Below, in pieces: positions 9,177-20,287 of a stretch of 64,000 nt of DNA. The stretch is from positions 1-64,000 of the IMG/VR virus record IMGVR_UViG_2795385501_000005. One strand, given 5' to 3'. The position numbers and the translations under genes were made by a program. The first letter of the stretch is position 1; each line of letters opens with the position of its first letter. The notes beneath the pieces were generated by a model. It was not told the DNA's origin. It made no database searches and was given only the letters and a program-made list of their open reading frames with translations. Source of the DNA: an uncultured virus (IMG/VR IMGVR_UViG_2795385501_000005). Taxonomy: Duplodnaviria; Heunggongvirae; Uroviricota; Caudoviricetes.

Positions 9177-10996
9177 TATCCATACCCTCCAAGCTGAGCG
9201 CTATTTACAATGGCATTGCCACCGGTATTGTTATAAATCTGGATGACGGCCCCCTCAGTAACCCTGCTTCCGGCCCCCTCTTTCGTTGCCATAGCTGAAA
9301 TTAGTTTTGCCAGAACGGCTGGATCATTAAGGTTTAGCTTTTCGTTTTCACTGAACTTTGTCGATTTAACAACATGGCGAATATAAGCGGCTGTATCGTT
9401 TTCATTGGATGGGGCCCATTTGCTAACGATATCCTTAACGTTATTTATCCCTTTAGAGCCATATATCTGAAGCTGCTTCGTGGCTGCCAGAACCCCCTCA
9501 TCAAGGGTTGGAAATACAGCAAACTTTCCACTTTGAGTGTTATGAGTCCCGTAACCTTCAGCCCAGCGCAAATTACCGGGGTTGTTAAAGCGATCGGCTA
9601 TTGTTCGGCCCTTGGCGGTGACATCGGCAGGAGTTGGGTCAACTGGAGTAATGCTTCCGCCGGAATACCAATCTTTTATTTTTTTAGACCCAATGCTGAA
9701 TAAATCTTTAATTGCCGGTCCAACAGTTTGCGGATCAAAACCAGTTTTCTCTTTAACCCACTTAGCCGATGAGTTAGCGCTATCAGCTACTGAATCATTC
9801 CATCCGTTCAGTGTTGTCCCATTTAAAAAACGAATCACATTATCGACAGTCAGACCCATATCTCGGATTGACTTCATGAAGCTATCGATATCAGTTCGAA
9901 ATGATGGTGATGCTAGGTATTCTCCAAACTTCTGGATTCCTTGTGAGAGTCCATCAATCCATTTCCCCAGTTCTGGTGATTTAAGAAATGAATCAATCAT
10001 CCCGGAAACAGAATCAGACAACCTGGTTAACTGTGGAGCCAAAGGGGCAAGACCACGAATAAATGAGTTTTCTATGCTGTAACCACTACGTTGCAACTGG
10101 ACATTAAAATCAGTCCACTGCTTTTGAATCTGATCGCTTAGTTGTAGTTGTTTGCTGTCCTGAGCGGCCCTTTTTTCCATCGAATCAATTTCTGCATCGC
10201 TCATATTTTTAAAGCGGTTCAGATCATCGAGGGTGAAAAAGTTTGTCAGTCCGTGGGCCTCGGCCCCTTGAAGATTGCTGCCATTTTTAACAAAGATATC
10301 GCGCGCATTGCGGATCATCTGTGGAAGCAGTTTTGCAGGGTCCTGATCTGGATTGTTGATACCCATCGCCTGGAACTGCCAGCGCTTGCTCAGGTCAAGC
10401 TGTGAGTCTCGAATAGCACCAAGGGTACCTGTTGGGTTACTTAGTGCTCTCTGATAGTTGATAGCGGTAGAGTCAAGGCCACCAGACGTGGTTCCTAACC
10501 CAAGTGTTGTAAATCTCTGTGATGCGGCACCGGAGGCCAGTCGATTAATCCCGAATAGCCCGCCAGCGCCGATCAGCCCAGAAAACAAACCAAGGATGCT
10601 AGTCCATGAAATTAAACTTGTGGTTGCATCCTTGATATGACCGGCCAGCGATTTCGCATCTTTCGTAGCACCACTCAGGAATTTCTTTGCAGCACTCGCA
10701 TTCTTGTTAAATCCAGATTGGTTTTTATTGGCTTTATCAAGGCTATCGTTTAACCGGTCAAGTCCGCTATTTATCGACAGAATAGCAGCAGCGCCATCGG
10801 AGAATGATTTTGCTACACCCTGCAACTCTGATCGCACCTTCGCAGTTTCTTTCTCTGTATCACCAATGCCATGAGCGACACCTCTCCATGCTTCTGGGAG
10901 GTCACCAAGGGCAGCTTGATACTCGTTGAACTTCTCCATAAATGACTGGAACTTATCGTCATTTACATCAATATCAATGATTGACTTAGCTGCCAT
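9176..10996 (-). CDS. Tape measure protein with C-terminal lysozyme-like domain
   Basis: Helical N-terminal part; C-terminal 'RFNNPGNLR..FAVFPTLDEG..KWAPSNENDT..Y'. Confidence 0.8.
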   Translation of the reverse strand: MAAKSIIDIDVNDDKFQSFMEKFNEYQAALGDLPEAWRGVAHGIGDTEKETAKVRSELQGVAKSFSDGAAAILSINSGLDRLNDSLDKANKNQSGFNKNASAAKKFLSGATKDAKSLAGHIKDATTSLISWTSILGLFSGLIGAGGLFGINRLASGAASQRFTTLGLGTTSGGLDSTAINYQRALSNPTGTLGAIRDSQLDLSKRWQFQAMGINNPDQDPAKLLPQMIRNARDIFVKNGSNLQGAEAHGLTNFFTLDDLNRFKNMSDAEIDSMEKRAAQDSKQLQLSDQIQKQWTDFNVQLQRSGYSIENSFIRGLAPLAPQLTRLSDSVSGMIDSFLKSPELGKWIDGLSQGIQKFGEYLASPSFRTDIDSFMKSIRDMGLTVDNVIRFLNGTTLNGWNDSVADSANSSAKWVKEKTGFDPQTVGPAIKDLFSIGSKKIKDWYSGGSITPVDPTPADVTAKGRTIADRFNNPGNLRWAEGYGTHNTQSGKFAVFPTLDEGVLAATKQLQIYGSKGINNVKDIVSKWAPSNENDTAAYIRHVVKSTKFSENEKLNLNDPAVLAKLISAMATKEGAGSRVTEGAVIQIYNNTGGNAIVNSAQLGGYG

Positions 10997-11316
10997 TGAA
11001 AAAGCCCCTTTCTTTGAGTGCCGCGATTAAGAAGCGCTGGCGATATTGAGCAGGACTGAAGAATTCTTCCCCAGTGATTTCCCGGATAACACGCCAGAAC
11101 CCCTCATTCGCAGCCCAATCTAAGAGGGTATAAATGAAGTTTCCTGCTCGGCACTCTGGGGTTGGGTATCGGTAGCCTGATTCGACTTCAGCAAGGAAGC
11201 GCGGAATTCCATAGCGTTGGATGATGTTAGTTGCCCACCGTACATACTGATCACCGCCCCCACTGTTGGGGCTATCAGTTCCTTCTTCTGAATGGCAGAT
11301 GACACCATAAAAAAAA
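10986..11316 (-). CDS. -1 frameshift extension of the tail assembly chaperone (G-T-like)
   Basis: -1 frame is open without an ATG from the T8 run (11309-11316) to TAA at 10986-10988. Confidence 0.7.
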
Positions 11317-11695
11317 CTATTTCACCTTCAGTGTCTCGATATTCATCTGCGGTGATAACGTTATTCTTCATCGCGGCATCAAAAGGTGATGACTTCCACT
11401 CGCCGTTGTCGTTATAAATGACAGTGGTTAAGCGTTGAATATCGTCAACAATTGTAGGTCCAGAAGATCCACTCAACTCTTGCTCCTGCTTGAGTTTTTT
11501 CCGTAGCATCATGGCGGCAATGCGAGCGGAACCGAGCCCACCAACTTGAGAAATAAAGTTTGAAAACATGTTCCCCAACAGCAAACAGTTCTCTTCGATA
11601 ACCTCATAAGGGAACGGGGTAACATGAATATAAACAGGATTACCCCCATCTCGGATGATGGTGCTAACCAGGTTAAGATTTTTGTCAATTTTCAC
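11120..11695 (-). CDS. Tail assembly chaperone
   Basis: Between tube and tape measure; contains slippery GTT TTT TTT ATG. Confidence 0.75.
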   Translation of the reverse strand: MKIDKNLNLVSTIIRDGGNPVYIHVTPFPYEVIEENCLLLGNMFSNFISQVGGLGSARIAAMMLRKKLKQEQELSGSSGPTIVDDIQRLTTVIYNDNGEWKSSPFDAAMKNNVITADEYRDTEGEIVFFMVSSAIQKKELIAPTVGAVISMYGGQLTSSNAMEFRASLLKSNQATDTQPQSAEQETSFIPS

Positions 11696-11698
11696 GGA

Positions 11699-12136
11699 TT
11701 ACACCCACATATTATCGTTGGTAATGATGTAGCCAGAAATTGTAGCCACATAGCCAGGATCCATGCCGTTCATAGTTATTTCATTGAAGTTAACTAAATA
11801 ACTATTAAGAACGGTGTAATTCCCAAAGGTATTAGCATCCGGGGTAACTACAATTTCCCCGAGTGACGTATCGGTCGCAAAGCGATTTTGATATGCAGCA
11901 GCAAGCGACTGAGTTTTAAGTAAGTGAACTGTTAACGTAACCTGCTGGTATGGTGCCTGGCTGCCTACCGTGCCAGTCATCGTGGGTAAGATGTCGGTTG
12001 CTGGCCCATCAGGACGCAAACTAACCCCCTCTTTGCCAAGAAATGATGCTGTAACATTCAGAGACGGATCGCCAGTTACGGAAACCGCGCCACGAACACG
12101 GTTAAGAAATCCCTGTGATACTAACGGGTTTGCCAT
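11699..12136 (-). CDS. Tail tube protein
   Basis: 145 aa, directly after the sheath gene. Confidence 0.75.
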   Translation of the reverse strand: MANPLVSQGFLNRVRGAVSVTGDPSLNVTASFLGKEGVSLRPDGPATDILPTMTGTVGSQAPYQQVTLTVHLLKTQSLAAAYQNRFATDTSLGEIVVTPDANTFGNYTVLNSYLVNFNEITMNGMDPGYVATISGYIITNDNMWV

Positions 12137-12140
12137 TTTT

Positions 12141-13535
12141 TTATGCCCCTACAAAATTGGTTACGTTCAGGTTAAACGTGATTGACTCGAATCCACGACG
12201 AGGTGTCATAACAGCGCTTAGCCCGTTATATTTACCGCCCTGATAATCGGAAGGATTCAGGCTTGTGTAATTACTGAATGGCACGGCATTAATCACAGCA
12301 TTGCCCGCATAGCTGCCTTTTTCATATTCAGCATTAAAGTCAGTTTGAATAAGCTTGGTTCCAATGACTCGCCCCAGGATTAACCCATAACTAATGCCAT
12401 TGCGTAGTGTTTTCAACGCGCGATTTTGGAGACGGTCGATACCAACTTGCTCATAGTAAAGAGGGTTGGTTGAGGTGTTAGAGCCGTTAATGACTTCGTT
12501 AGCAAGATCCAGTTCAAGGTTTATCGCCGTCCATGCAACTGAATACCAATAGTTGAATGGATTACTGTCCAGCATATGGCCAGCAACCAGCATCTTATTG
12601 CTAAGCCCACCTTCTGCCGCAGTGCCGATGTAGTTAATGCTGTTATCTTGAAGGGTTTTCAGCAGTGTGCCATTACCACTCACTGGATATTCTGTTACCC
12701 CATACATGAACCGATATGCCATCGGCGGGACCATGTTTGATGAACCGGGGTCATTCGATAGTGAAGATTGGAATGGGCCAGCCATAGAAAACTCCGTTGC
12801 CGGAATATTTGGGGCCTCAACACCTGCAAATACTGTCTTATTCTTCGTAGTAACCCACTCGGAATAAGTGCCAATAGTGGTAGTAACAAAGAAATAAACC
12901 AACGAACTTGGCGATGTATATTGCCCAGTTAGGGTTTTAAATGTTGTCTGCTCATCCCACTCGCGCGGAACCAGATAAGAGAAGAATTTCTGGTATGTAT
13001 TCCCCAGTGAAATATCTTCATCAATAAATGTCGATAGAGCCGCAACACCATTCACCATGGATACATCACCAAGCTCGAGCACAAATACTGCTCGGTTAGT
13101 TCCCTGCGCCCAATATGAAGTATTCATCTGGGTAATTTCATTCGCTACTACAGTTTTTACCGATCCCATAACCGTGGATACGCCAGGGCTAACTGATAAT
13201 GGATAGGTGAACGCAGTTGATGTGGTTACCGTGGCAGTAAATGCACCGTTATATCCAGTAGGGGTAACGCCTGAAACTAATACAGGAACCTGATCGCCAA
13301 TTGTCCATCCATGAGCGGCCGAAAGCGTTACTGTCACTACGTTTGTAGCCCATTCAATGGTAGCAATCGCTTTTGCTGGTTTTAGGATGGTTGTCAAATC
13401 TGATTTAGATGTCAGTAACTGGTACTCGCCTGGATTCAGCGTGGTCCCGCCCATGGAAATCATCGCCCCGGACTTAAGCAGTTGCGACGGCTTCGGTGGA
13501 TTGGTCACCGATACGTTAATATTAACAATTGCCAT
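12141..13535 (-). CDS. Tail sheath protein (DUF3383-like) with inserted beta-domain
   Basis: Size and position; C-terminal 'NPLYY.Q.GIDRLQ'. Confidence 0.75.
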   Translation of the reverse strand: MAIVNINVSVTNPPKPSQLLKSGAMISMGGTTLNPGEYQLLTSKSDLTTILKPAKAIATIEWATNVVTVTLSAAHGWTIGDQVPVLVSGVTPTGYNGAFTATVTTSTAFTYPLSVSPGVSTVMGSVKTVVANEITQMNTSYWAQGTNRAVFVLELGDVSMVNGVAALSTFIDEDISLGNTYQKFFSYLVPREWDEQTTFKTLTGQYTSPSSLVYFFVTTTIGTYSEWVTTKNKTVFAGVEAPNIPATEFSMAGPFQSSLSNDPGSSNMVPPMAYRFMYGVTEYPVSGNGTLLKTLQDNSINYIGTAAEGGLSNKMLVAGHMLDSNPFNYWYSVAWTAINLELDLANEVINGSNTSTNPLYYEQVGIDRLQNRALKTLRNGISYGLILGRVIGTKLIQTDFNAEYEKGSYAGNAVINAVPFSNYTSLNPSDYQGGKYNGLSAVMTPRRGFESITFNLNVTNFVGA

Positions 13536-13539
13536 TTAA

Positions 13540-14481
13540 TTATTTCTCCGGATAAATGGACGGGATTACAGAAATAACCAACTTACGGGCGACATTCCTC
13601 ATCCGTTGCTGGTAATAGTTGATCTTGAATTTGATGGTTTTACGCATGGCAGTAACGTTAAGTTCGTTCTGCGTCACGCGCTCATCTTGAACGACAGGAA
13701 TGTTCATAATTCCCATTTCAGCGTCATCACTTATCGTGTATTGCTGCATGTAGCAAAGAAAGTCCTCTATTGCGGCATTACGCAATCCGGTTACTGAAAT
13801 GGTCACATCTTCCGAAACAAGCTGGTATTGGTTGTACTTCTCATCCAGATAGAACGCCCCGGCAATAGGAGCGGCGTTACTACACCTGACTGTCGCAAAT
13901 GGTGGCGAAAGATTCTGGATTGATAACATGGCTGGATACATTGGCATGTACTGATTCAACCCCAACCAGATCGGCAGGGAGCTAGAGACAACCACATCAG
14001 TTAAATCTATATCTTCAGCAGAGTTGATAATCTGCGATCGCATATGCGGATATACAGCTTCGCCAGTGTAGTGATATAGATTAGCTGGTTCATTCAGGCC
14101 GGTTCGCCGAGAGAACGAGAACTGTATTCCGTAAAACTCACCGATGTAGAGCACATCAGAACCGATGTCATTAAATTGGTCGATATCCGACTGAGCGGTG
14201 AATGTCACTACGTTTCGGTCGTAAAGTTGCTCATCATCTTGGATGGTTTCAGTTGTTAAGTGCAGGTAACCTTTCACATCCACCGTATCTGGCTCAGGAT
14301 CTGGTTCGTCAGTGAGAATTGACGCTTTTACCCAGAACACAAAGCCATCCAGAGGGAGAACCTTCCTGATATATTTTGTAAATGTGACGACCTCGGAAAG
14401 GCTTATGTCATCGAGGCCCTGAGTCAAGGCCGCATTAAGTTCTGTTTGTGCAGTTTTCTGTAGCTCAGCTAGGGAAGGCAT
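13540..14481 (-). CDS. Neck/tail-terminator region protein
   Basis: Synteny between head-tail adaptors and sheath. Confidence 0.55.
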   Translation of the reverse strand: MPSLAELQKTAQTELNAALTQGLDDISLSEVVTFTKYIRKVLPLDGFVFWVKASILTDEPDPEPDTVDVKGYLHLTTETIQDDEQLYDRNVVTFTAQSDIDQFNDIGSDVLYIGEFYGIQFSFSRRTGLNEPANLYHYTGEAVYPHMRSQIINSAEDIDLTDVVVSSSLPIWLGLNQYMPMYPAMLSIQNLSPPFATVRCSNAAPIAGAFYLDEKYNQYQLVSEDVTISVTGLRNAAIEDFLCYMQQYTISDDAEMGIMNIPVVQDERVTQNELNVTAMRKTIKFKINYYQQRMRNVARKLVISVIPSIYPEK

Positions 14482-14899
14482 TCAGCACCCCGCTTACCCA
14501 GGCGCGCATAGACGCCTGATATGTTCCGGTATCGATAAAGGATGGTCTTGGGCTACCCTTCTTATTTTTGAATCTCTTCGATATCCCTTCCATTGCCCTG
14601 CGAGTTGGAATTCCCGCTAACCCATTCATCTCTTCATTATCCAAAAACGCGACAAATAGGTTGTGCGTTCGTGACATTGATTCAGCTAACGGATCTCTTG
14701 TAGGTGGCGCACCTACAATCATATTCTCAAGACTGGCAGCAATATCATTAGCCATCATGTCAGCGATATCTTTACCGTACCGGTCAAAGAACGTCTGCAT
14801 GATTTTGTACTTACCCTCTAGCAGCTCTGCTACGTCGCCAGTGGTTGTGTTCTCATCACCATAAGGGATGTCCATAACACCGAGATGGAGAGTGATCAT
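14465..14899 (-). CDS. Neck/tail completion protein
   Basis: 'PRPSFIDTG.YQAS' motif; start taken at MITLH. Confidence 0.6.
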   Translation of the reverse strand: MITLHLGVMDIPYGDENTTTGDVAELLEGKYKIMQTFFDRYGKDIADMMANDIAASLENMIVGAPPTRDPLAESMSRTHNLFVAFLDNEEMNGLAGIPTRRAMEGISKRFKNKKGSPRPSFIDTGTYQASMRAWVSGVLNAFPS

Positions 14900-15324
14900 G
14901 ATAGCCCCCACAAACTCCCGAATTGCTGAGCAATCATCAGGTACCTGCGCCCCCAAGGGTCAAGTAGCATCTGAAGGTCAGCTAATGACAAGTCCTTGAA
15001 GAAATCAGGCACCAGGCGCTGAGAACTTGTTGAGTTATCGCTGGCTCCGGTGATCACCCCAGCCTTGAAGTTATTCAGCCCAAGCGTTTTACGAAGCTCA
15101 GAAAATACTGATTCCGTCCCGTAGTTAACCAGGAATGAAGCAGCAAGGTTATATACCGCCACCGTATAGAGATTCGGCATCACAGAGGCAATATCCTGAT
15201 TCACCCACTCAACAGCGCCACCGTAAGCAAGAGCAATTGAAGGCGAGTCGTCGGGAACCTGAGTAGCGGTAATCTCCATGTCAGTGCGAATAAACTCGAT
15301 AAATCCCGACAGACTGATGGTCAT
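14896..15324 (-). CDS. Head-tail adaptor (DUF4054-like)
   Basis: C-terminal 'DPWGRRYL' and synteny. Confidence 0.6.
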   Translation of the reverse strand: MTISLSGFIEFIRTDMEITATQVPDDSPSIALAYGGAVEWVNQDIASVMPNLYTVAVYNLAASFLVNYGTESVFSELRKTLGLNNFKAGVITGASDNSTSSQRLVPDFFKDLSLADLQMLLDPWGRRYLMIAQQFGSLWGLS

Positions 15325-15804
15325 TTACTTTTTACTCCCGCGCTTCTGGGTGACAATTGTTTCATTCACGCTAGGCGTGTCGTTATTGTCATCACGGCCC
15401 TTTGTCTGCTCGACAGTGAACTCCATGTCACCGCCATAACCGGTACCGCTATTCAGCAATGCATCGTCTTGAGCTGCGACTGACGCTTGACGGCGGTTAT
15501 GAGAGGTTTCAGTCAACTTATGGTCGTTATCTCTCATCGCTTTTTCGATGATCTTCTCTTGCACCGGCTTATCAATGCTGTAGCAAAGGCCAACAAAGTT
15601 TTTACTTTGGTCAATAGTTGAAGCATCTATCAGCCCGTAAACTTGGTGATGCTGGATAACTGCATCGATTTCTTCAGCGCCACCATCAAGAACAATGGCT
15701 TGAGAGCCATAAGCAATAGGAATGTTGCGCAAGCGACCCGTCTCTAAGGTACGGAAAGAGAACATGTGGCGCTGCTTAGTAGTGTTTGCGATATAAAGCT
15801 TCAT
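15325..15804 (-). CDS. Hypothetical head-region protein
   Basis: Long ORF directly after the capsid gene. Confidence 0.6.
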   Translation of the reverse strand: MKLYIANTTKQRHMFSFRTLETGRLRNIPIAYGSQAIVLDGGAEEIDAVIQHHQVYGLIDASTIDQSKNFVGLCYSIDKPVQEKIIEKAMRDNDHKLTETSHNRRQASVAAQDDALLNSGTGYGGDMEFTVEQTKGRDDNNDTPSVNETIVTQKRGSKK

Positions 15805-15872
15805 CGTTTCCCCCAAAATAAAAAACCCCTGAAGGATTTAACCAGCAGGGGTTCTTATGACAACGCGCAGAC

Positions 15873-16904
15873 TTAAGCGCTGTAGGCCATAGATAAGATA
15901 GTGATAGCTTCCGGACGAACGGCCCAGCCAGATGTTGAACGCATTTCTGCTAACACGTCTACTGCGCCACCGGCGATCGGAGTAGGAATTTCGCGAGGTG
16001 CAGCCATGTCACAGAACATCAGGGCATTTGCAGCCAGAGAAGGTGAAAGTTTGGCAAATTCGTTGGTGTTAATGGTTGAGTTAACCATCGGAACTTCAAC
16101 TTCAGGGATAGTAATTAACACAACGTCTGTACCGCCAGCGCCAGCGCCGATCAATGTATCGTCGTAAACCCAATCAACCTGAACTCCGGCACCTCTCAGA
16201 ACTTCCTTCACCATCCCGCCAACTGCATCAGTACCACCACCAGGGCGCTGATATGATGTCAATTGAACAATCTGCTGAATCTCCATGGCACCCAGCACAC
16301 GCTGAGGACCAAGAATTACAACGCGCTGCTGGCGACCCAATTGCATGGTTCGTGTAAGCGCTGCCTGAACTTGCCCCAGAAGATAAACCGCCATTTCCCC
16401 ATGGTCGTAAGTCAGGACCGTGGTGTTTCCGCTTGAGTCAGCTGGCAGAGTGTCAGTGGTCGCGCCTGCGGTATTCAGCAAGCCCTCACCGCCTGCTGGG
16501 TTCATACCAAACAGTAAGCTGGTACGAAGTTGCTGGAAGATACCCTGTCGCATACCAAGGCGCTGTGCTTCAGGCAGTGCCACATTCCAGTTTCCTGCTG
16601 CTGCCATGTCATGGTGGTCATAGATACCACGGCAACGGAAAAGATATGTTGGAGTGGAAATCATGCGGGCTTCCATTGCAACACTCGGCAACTGGTTAGC
16701 GTTCCCGGATTGACTGGAAGTAACCTGGGTGCGGATATCAAGACGACGCATGTAAACATACTGATCGCCAACACCCAGGCGAACCTGTGGGTTACCGCTG
16801 GCGATGGTTTCAAATGCACCTGACGCCTGCTGGTAGCCAATGATCATTTCCGGCGCGATGTACGACGGATTGACGATCGTGTAACTCGGAGTAATTGCAG
16901 CCAT
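15873..16904 (-). CDS. Major capsid protein (DUF2184-like)
   Basis: 343 aa; 'LLFG..GLLN' and C-terminal 'GWAVRPEAI'; followed by a terminator hairpin. Confidence 0.8.
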   Translation of the reverse strand: MAAITPSYTIVNPSYIAPEMIIGYQQASGAFETIASGNPQVRLGVGDQYVYMRRLDIRTQVTSSQSGNANQLPSVAMEARMISTPTYLFRCRGIYDHHDMAAAGNWNVALPEAQRLGMRQGIFQQLRTSLLFGMNPAGGEGLLNTAGATTDTLPADSSGNTTVLTYDHGEMAVYLLGQVQAALTRTMQLGRQQRVVILGPQRVLGAMEIQQIVQLTSYQRPGGGTDAVGGMVKEVLRGAGVQVDWVYDDTLIGAGAGGTDVVLITIPEVEVPMVNSTINTNEFAKLSPSLAANALMFCDMAAPREIPTPIAGGAVDVLAEMRSTSGWAVRPEAITILSMAYSA

Positions 16905-16920
16905 TTAATTCAACTCCCGA

Positions 16921-17781
16921 TTAAATTAGGACCAGCGCGCAGCTGTCGTGATCATTCCATGTCAGGAAACCCGTAACACTGTCATAAGAGACGGTTTTTG
17001 AGTTGCCAGACTGTATTGAGATAACTTTGGCCGGCAGCGTAATGTTCGCCAGAGTTACCGCGCCAATAGTTCCCTGTGTAGTTGCTGCGCCACCAGGTGT
17101 TGACGCTGGCACATAAGTGAACGTGGTAGCTGTCGGTGCTGAGGTAACAACTACAGTGCCGTTATAAGCCGCAGGAACAGCACCACTAATGGTGATGTAC
17201 TTACCAGCAGTTAATCCATGCGCCGCGCCAGTAGTAGCCGTAGCCACACCACCGGTGAATGAAATGGCGGTGGTGGCAATATCAGCACCTGCATAACCCG
17301 CATCGGCAGCTGTGGTGATTTGGTTGTTAACGAAGTCCCACGCCAATGCTGTTTTTACAGATGCATTGTTGGCACCGAGCGCGATCACCGCAGAAGATGC
17401 TTTCAATGGGATACGCATGTTCGCGCCAAAGCGATAGAAGGAAACACTCATGCCTGACGCAAATAGTGGAACAGGTGATTGTGGAGTGGTCAGCCCATTA
17501 TGCGCCTGATTGAAAACTGTAAACCCTTCAATATCAGCCACGCCTAGCGCACGACGAATGGTCGAACCGCGAGGGCTGGAAGATACGCCAGGGATCAGCT
17601 CAGCAACCGGCACGCCGCCCCACAGAGGTTTAGTCTCAGTTGCAGAAACGGTGCCGGAAGCAAGATTGAAACGATTAGCCGGGTCATCCAAAGCAACGCC
17701 TTGAATGAAGCCGTCAGACTGAACACCGAAAGAACCCAATGCGTTAGTCGTCGCCATTGGGTTTAGAGATAAATTAGCCAT
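16921..17781 (-). CDS. Capsid decoration/cement protein with inserted beta-domain
   Basis: Between scaffold and capsid genes; Thr/Ala-rich insert. Confidence 0.65.
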   Translation of the reverse strand: MANLSLNPMATTNALGSFGVQSDGFIQGVALDDPANRFNLASGTVSATETKPLWGGVPVAELIPGVSSSPRGSTIRRALGVADIEGFTVFNQAHNGLTTPQSPVPLFASGMSVSFYRFGANMRIPLKASSAVIALGANNASVKTALAWDFVNNQITTAADAGYAGADIATTAISFTGGVATATTGAAHGLTAGKYITISGAVPAAYNGTVVVTSAPTATTFTYVPASTPGGAATTQGTIGAVTLANITLPAKVISIQSGNSKTVSYDSVTGFLTWNDHDSCALVLI

Positions 17782-17796
17782 GCTTTAATGCTCCCG

Positions 17797-19434
<1,638 letters not shown>

Positions 19435-19465
19435 TCATTGAACCTCTCGCGTCATGGGTGGTTAG

Positions 19466-20287
19466 TTATTTTCCGCCCATCGACTCCATAAACTTTTTAC
19501 CCTTCTGGGTAAGCATGTCTTCAGGGATGCTGCGGAGGTTGTAGATGTACTCGCCATAACATGAGCAGAAAGGCTTTTCTCCGAACTGGTCAACTTCATC
19601 CAGATATCCCGCTTTACCGGGCTTTACATAGCCATTCTTTTGCGCCCAATTACCGCGAATAAGATAGAACTCTTTATCTCGCTCTTTGTGGTCAACCCGA
19701 TAGTTATAGCCAGGGCGACGCCAATGGCTGTGCCACTCAACAGCGATAGCGTTGTTGTTGGTTGCAATAACATTGTCGATGTTGGCAATCAGCTTGTGAT
19801 TCTGATCAATCATCACGCGCCGGGCTTCATAGTCCATTTGCTCGGCTGTTTTTTGGATGTGCTGTGCAGTTTTCAGCATGCCACCCTGATTACCGACCAG
19901 AGCGATACTTGCAGATGGAGGGATACTGCTGGCCCACCCGCTAAACCGAGATAACGTAGTGTCGATAGCTTTGCTTCTGTTCAGTTTGATGAGGTCAACA
20001 CTGGCGAGAATTCGGCGATCTAACTGCGCCCTAAGCTGTGGTTCAAGATGGTGAATGGTAAAGCGCGCTATTCCTGGATGACGATTAATAGCACCACCGT
20101 TGGTTACTTGGCGCTCGAATGAATGCCTTAATCTTTCGGCTACCATACCGGCATAATCATCAGCAGTAGCACCCTCAGCGGCCCCTCTAATAAGAGACTG
20201 CCAGCGCTCCAGCTCACTGCTTGATGAGTAGCCATTCTTCAGGAAATACTTAACCGCCTCTCGCACAATTCGCGTGAAATTGTTCAT
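19466..20287 (-). CDS. MuF/SPP1 gp7-like head morphogenesis protein
   Basis: 'WHSH..R.DH..RD..GEKPFCSC' motif after the portal. Confidence 0.8.
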   Translation of the reverse strand: MNNFTRIVREAVKYFLKNGYSSSSELERWQSLIRGAAEGATADDYAGMVAERLRHSFERQVTNGGAINRHPGIARFTIHHLEPQLRAQLDRRILASVDLIKLNRSKAIDTTLSRFSGWASSIPPSASIALVGNQGGMLKTAQHIQKTAEQMDYEARRVMIDQNHKLIANIDNVIATNNNAIAVEWHSHWRRPGYNYRVDHKERDKEFYLIRGNWAQKNGYVKPGKAGYLDEVDQFGEKPFCSCYGEYIYNLRSIPEDMLTQKGKKFMESMGGK

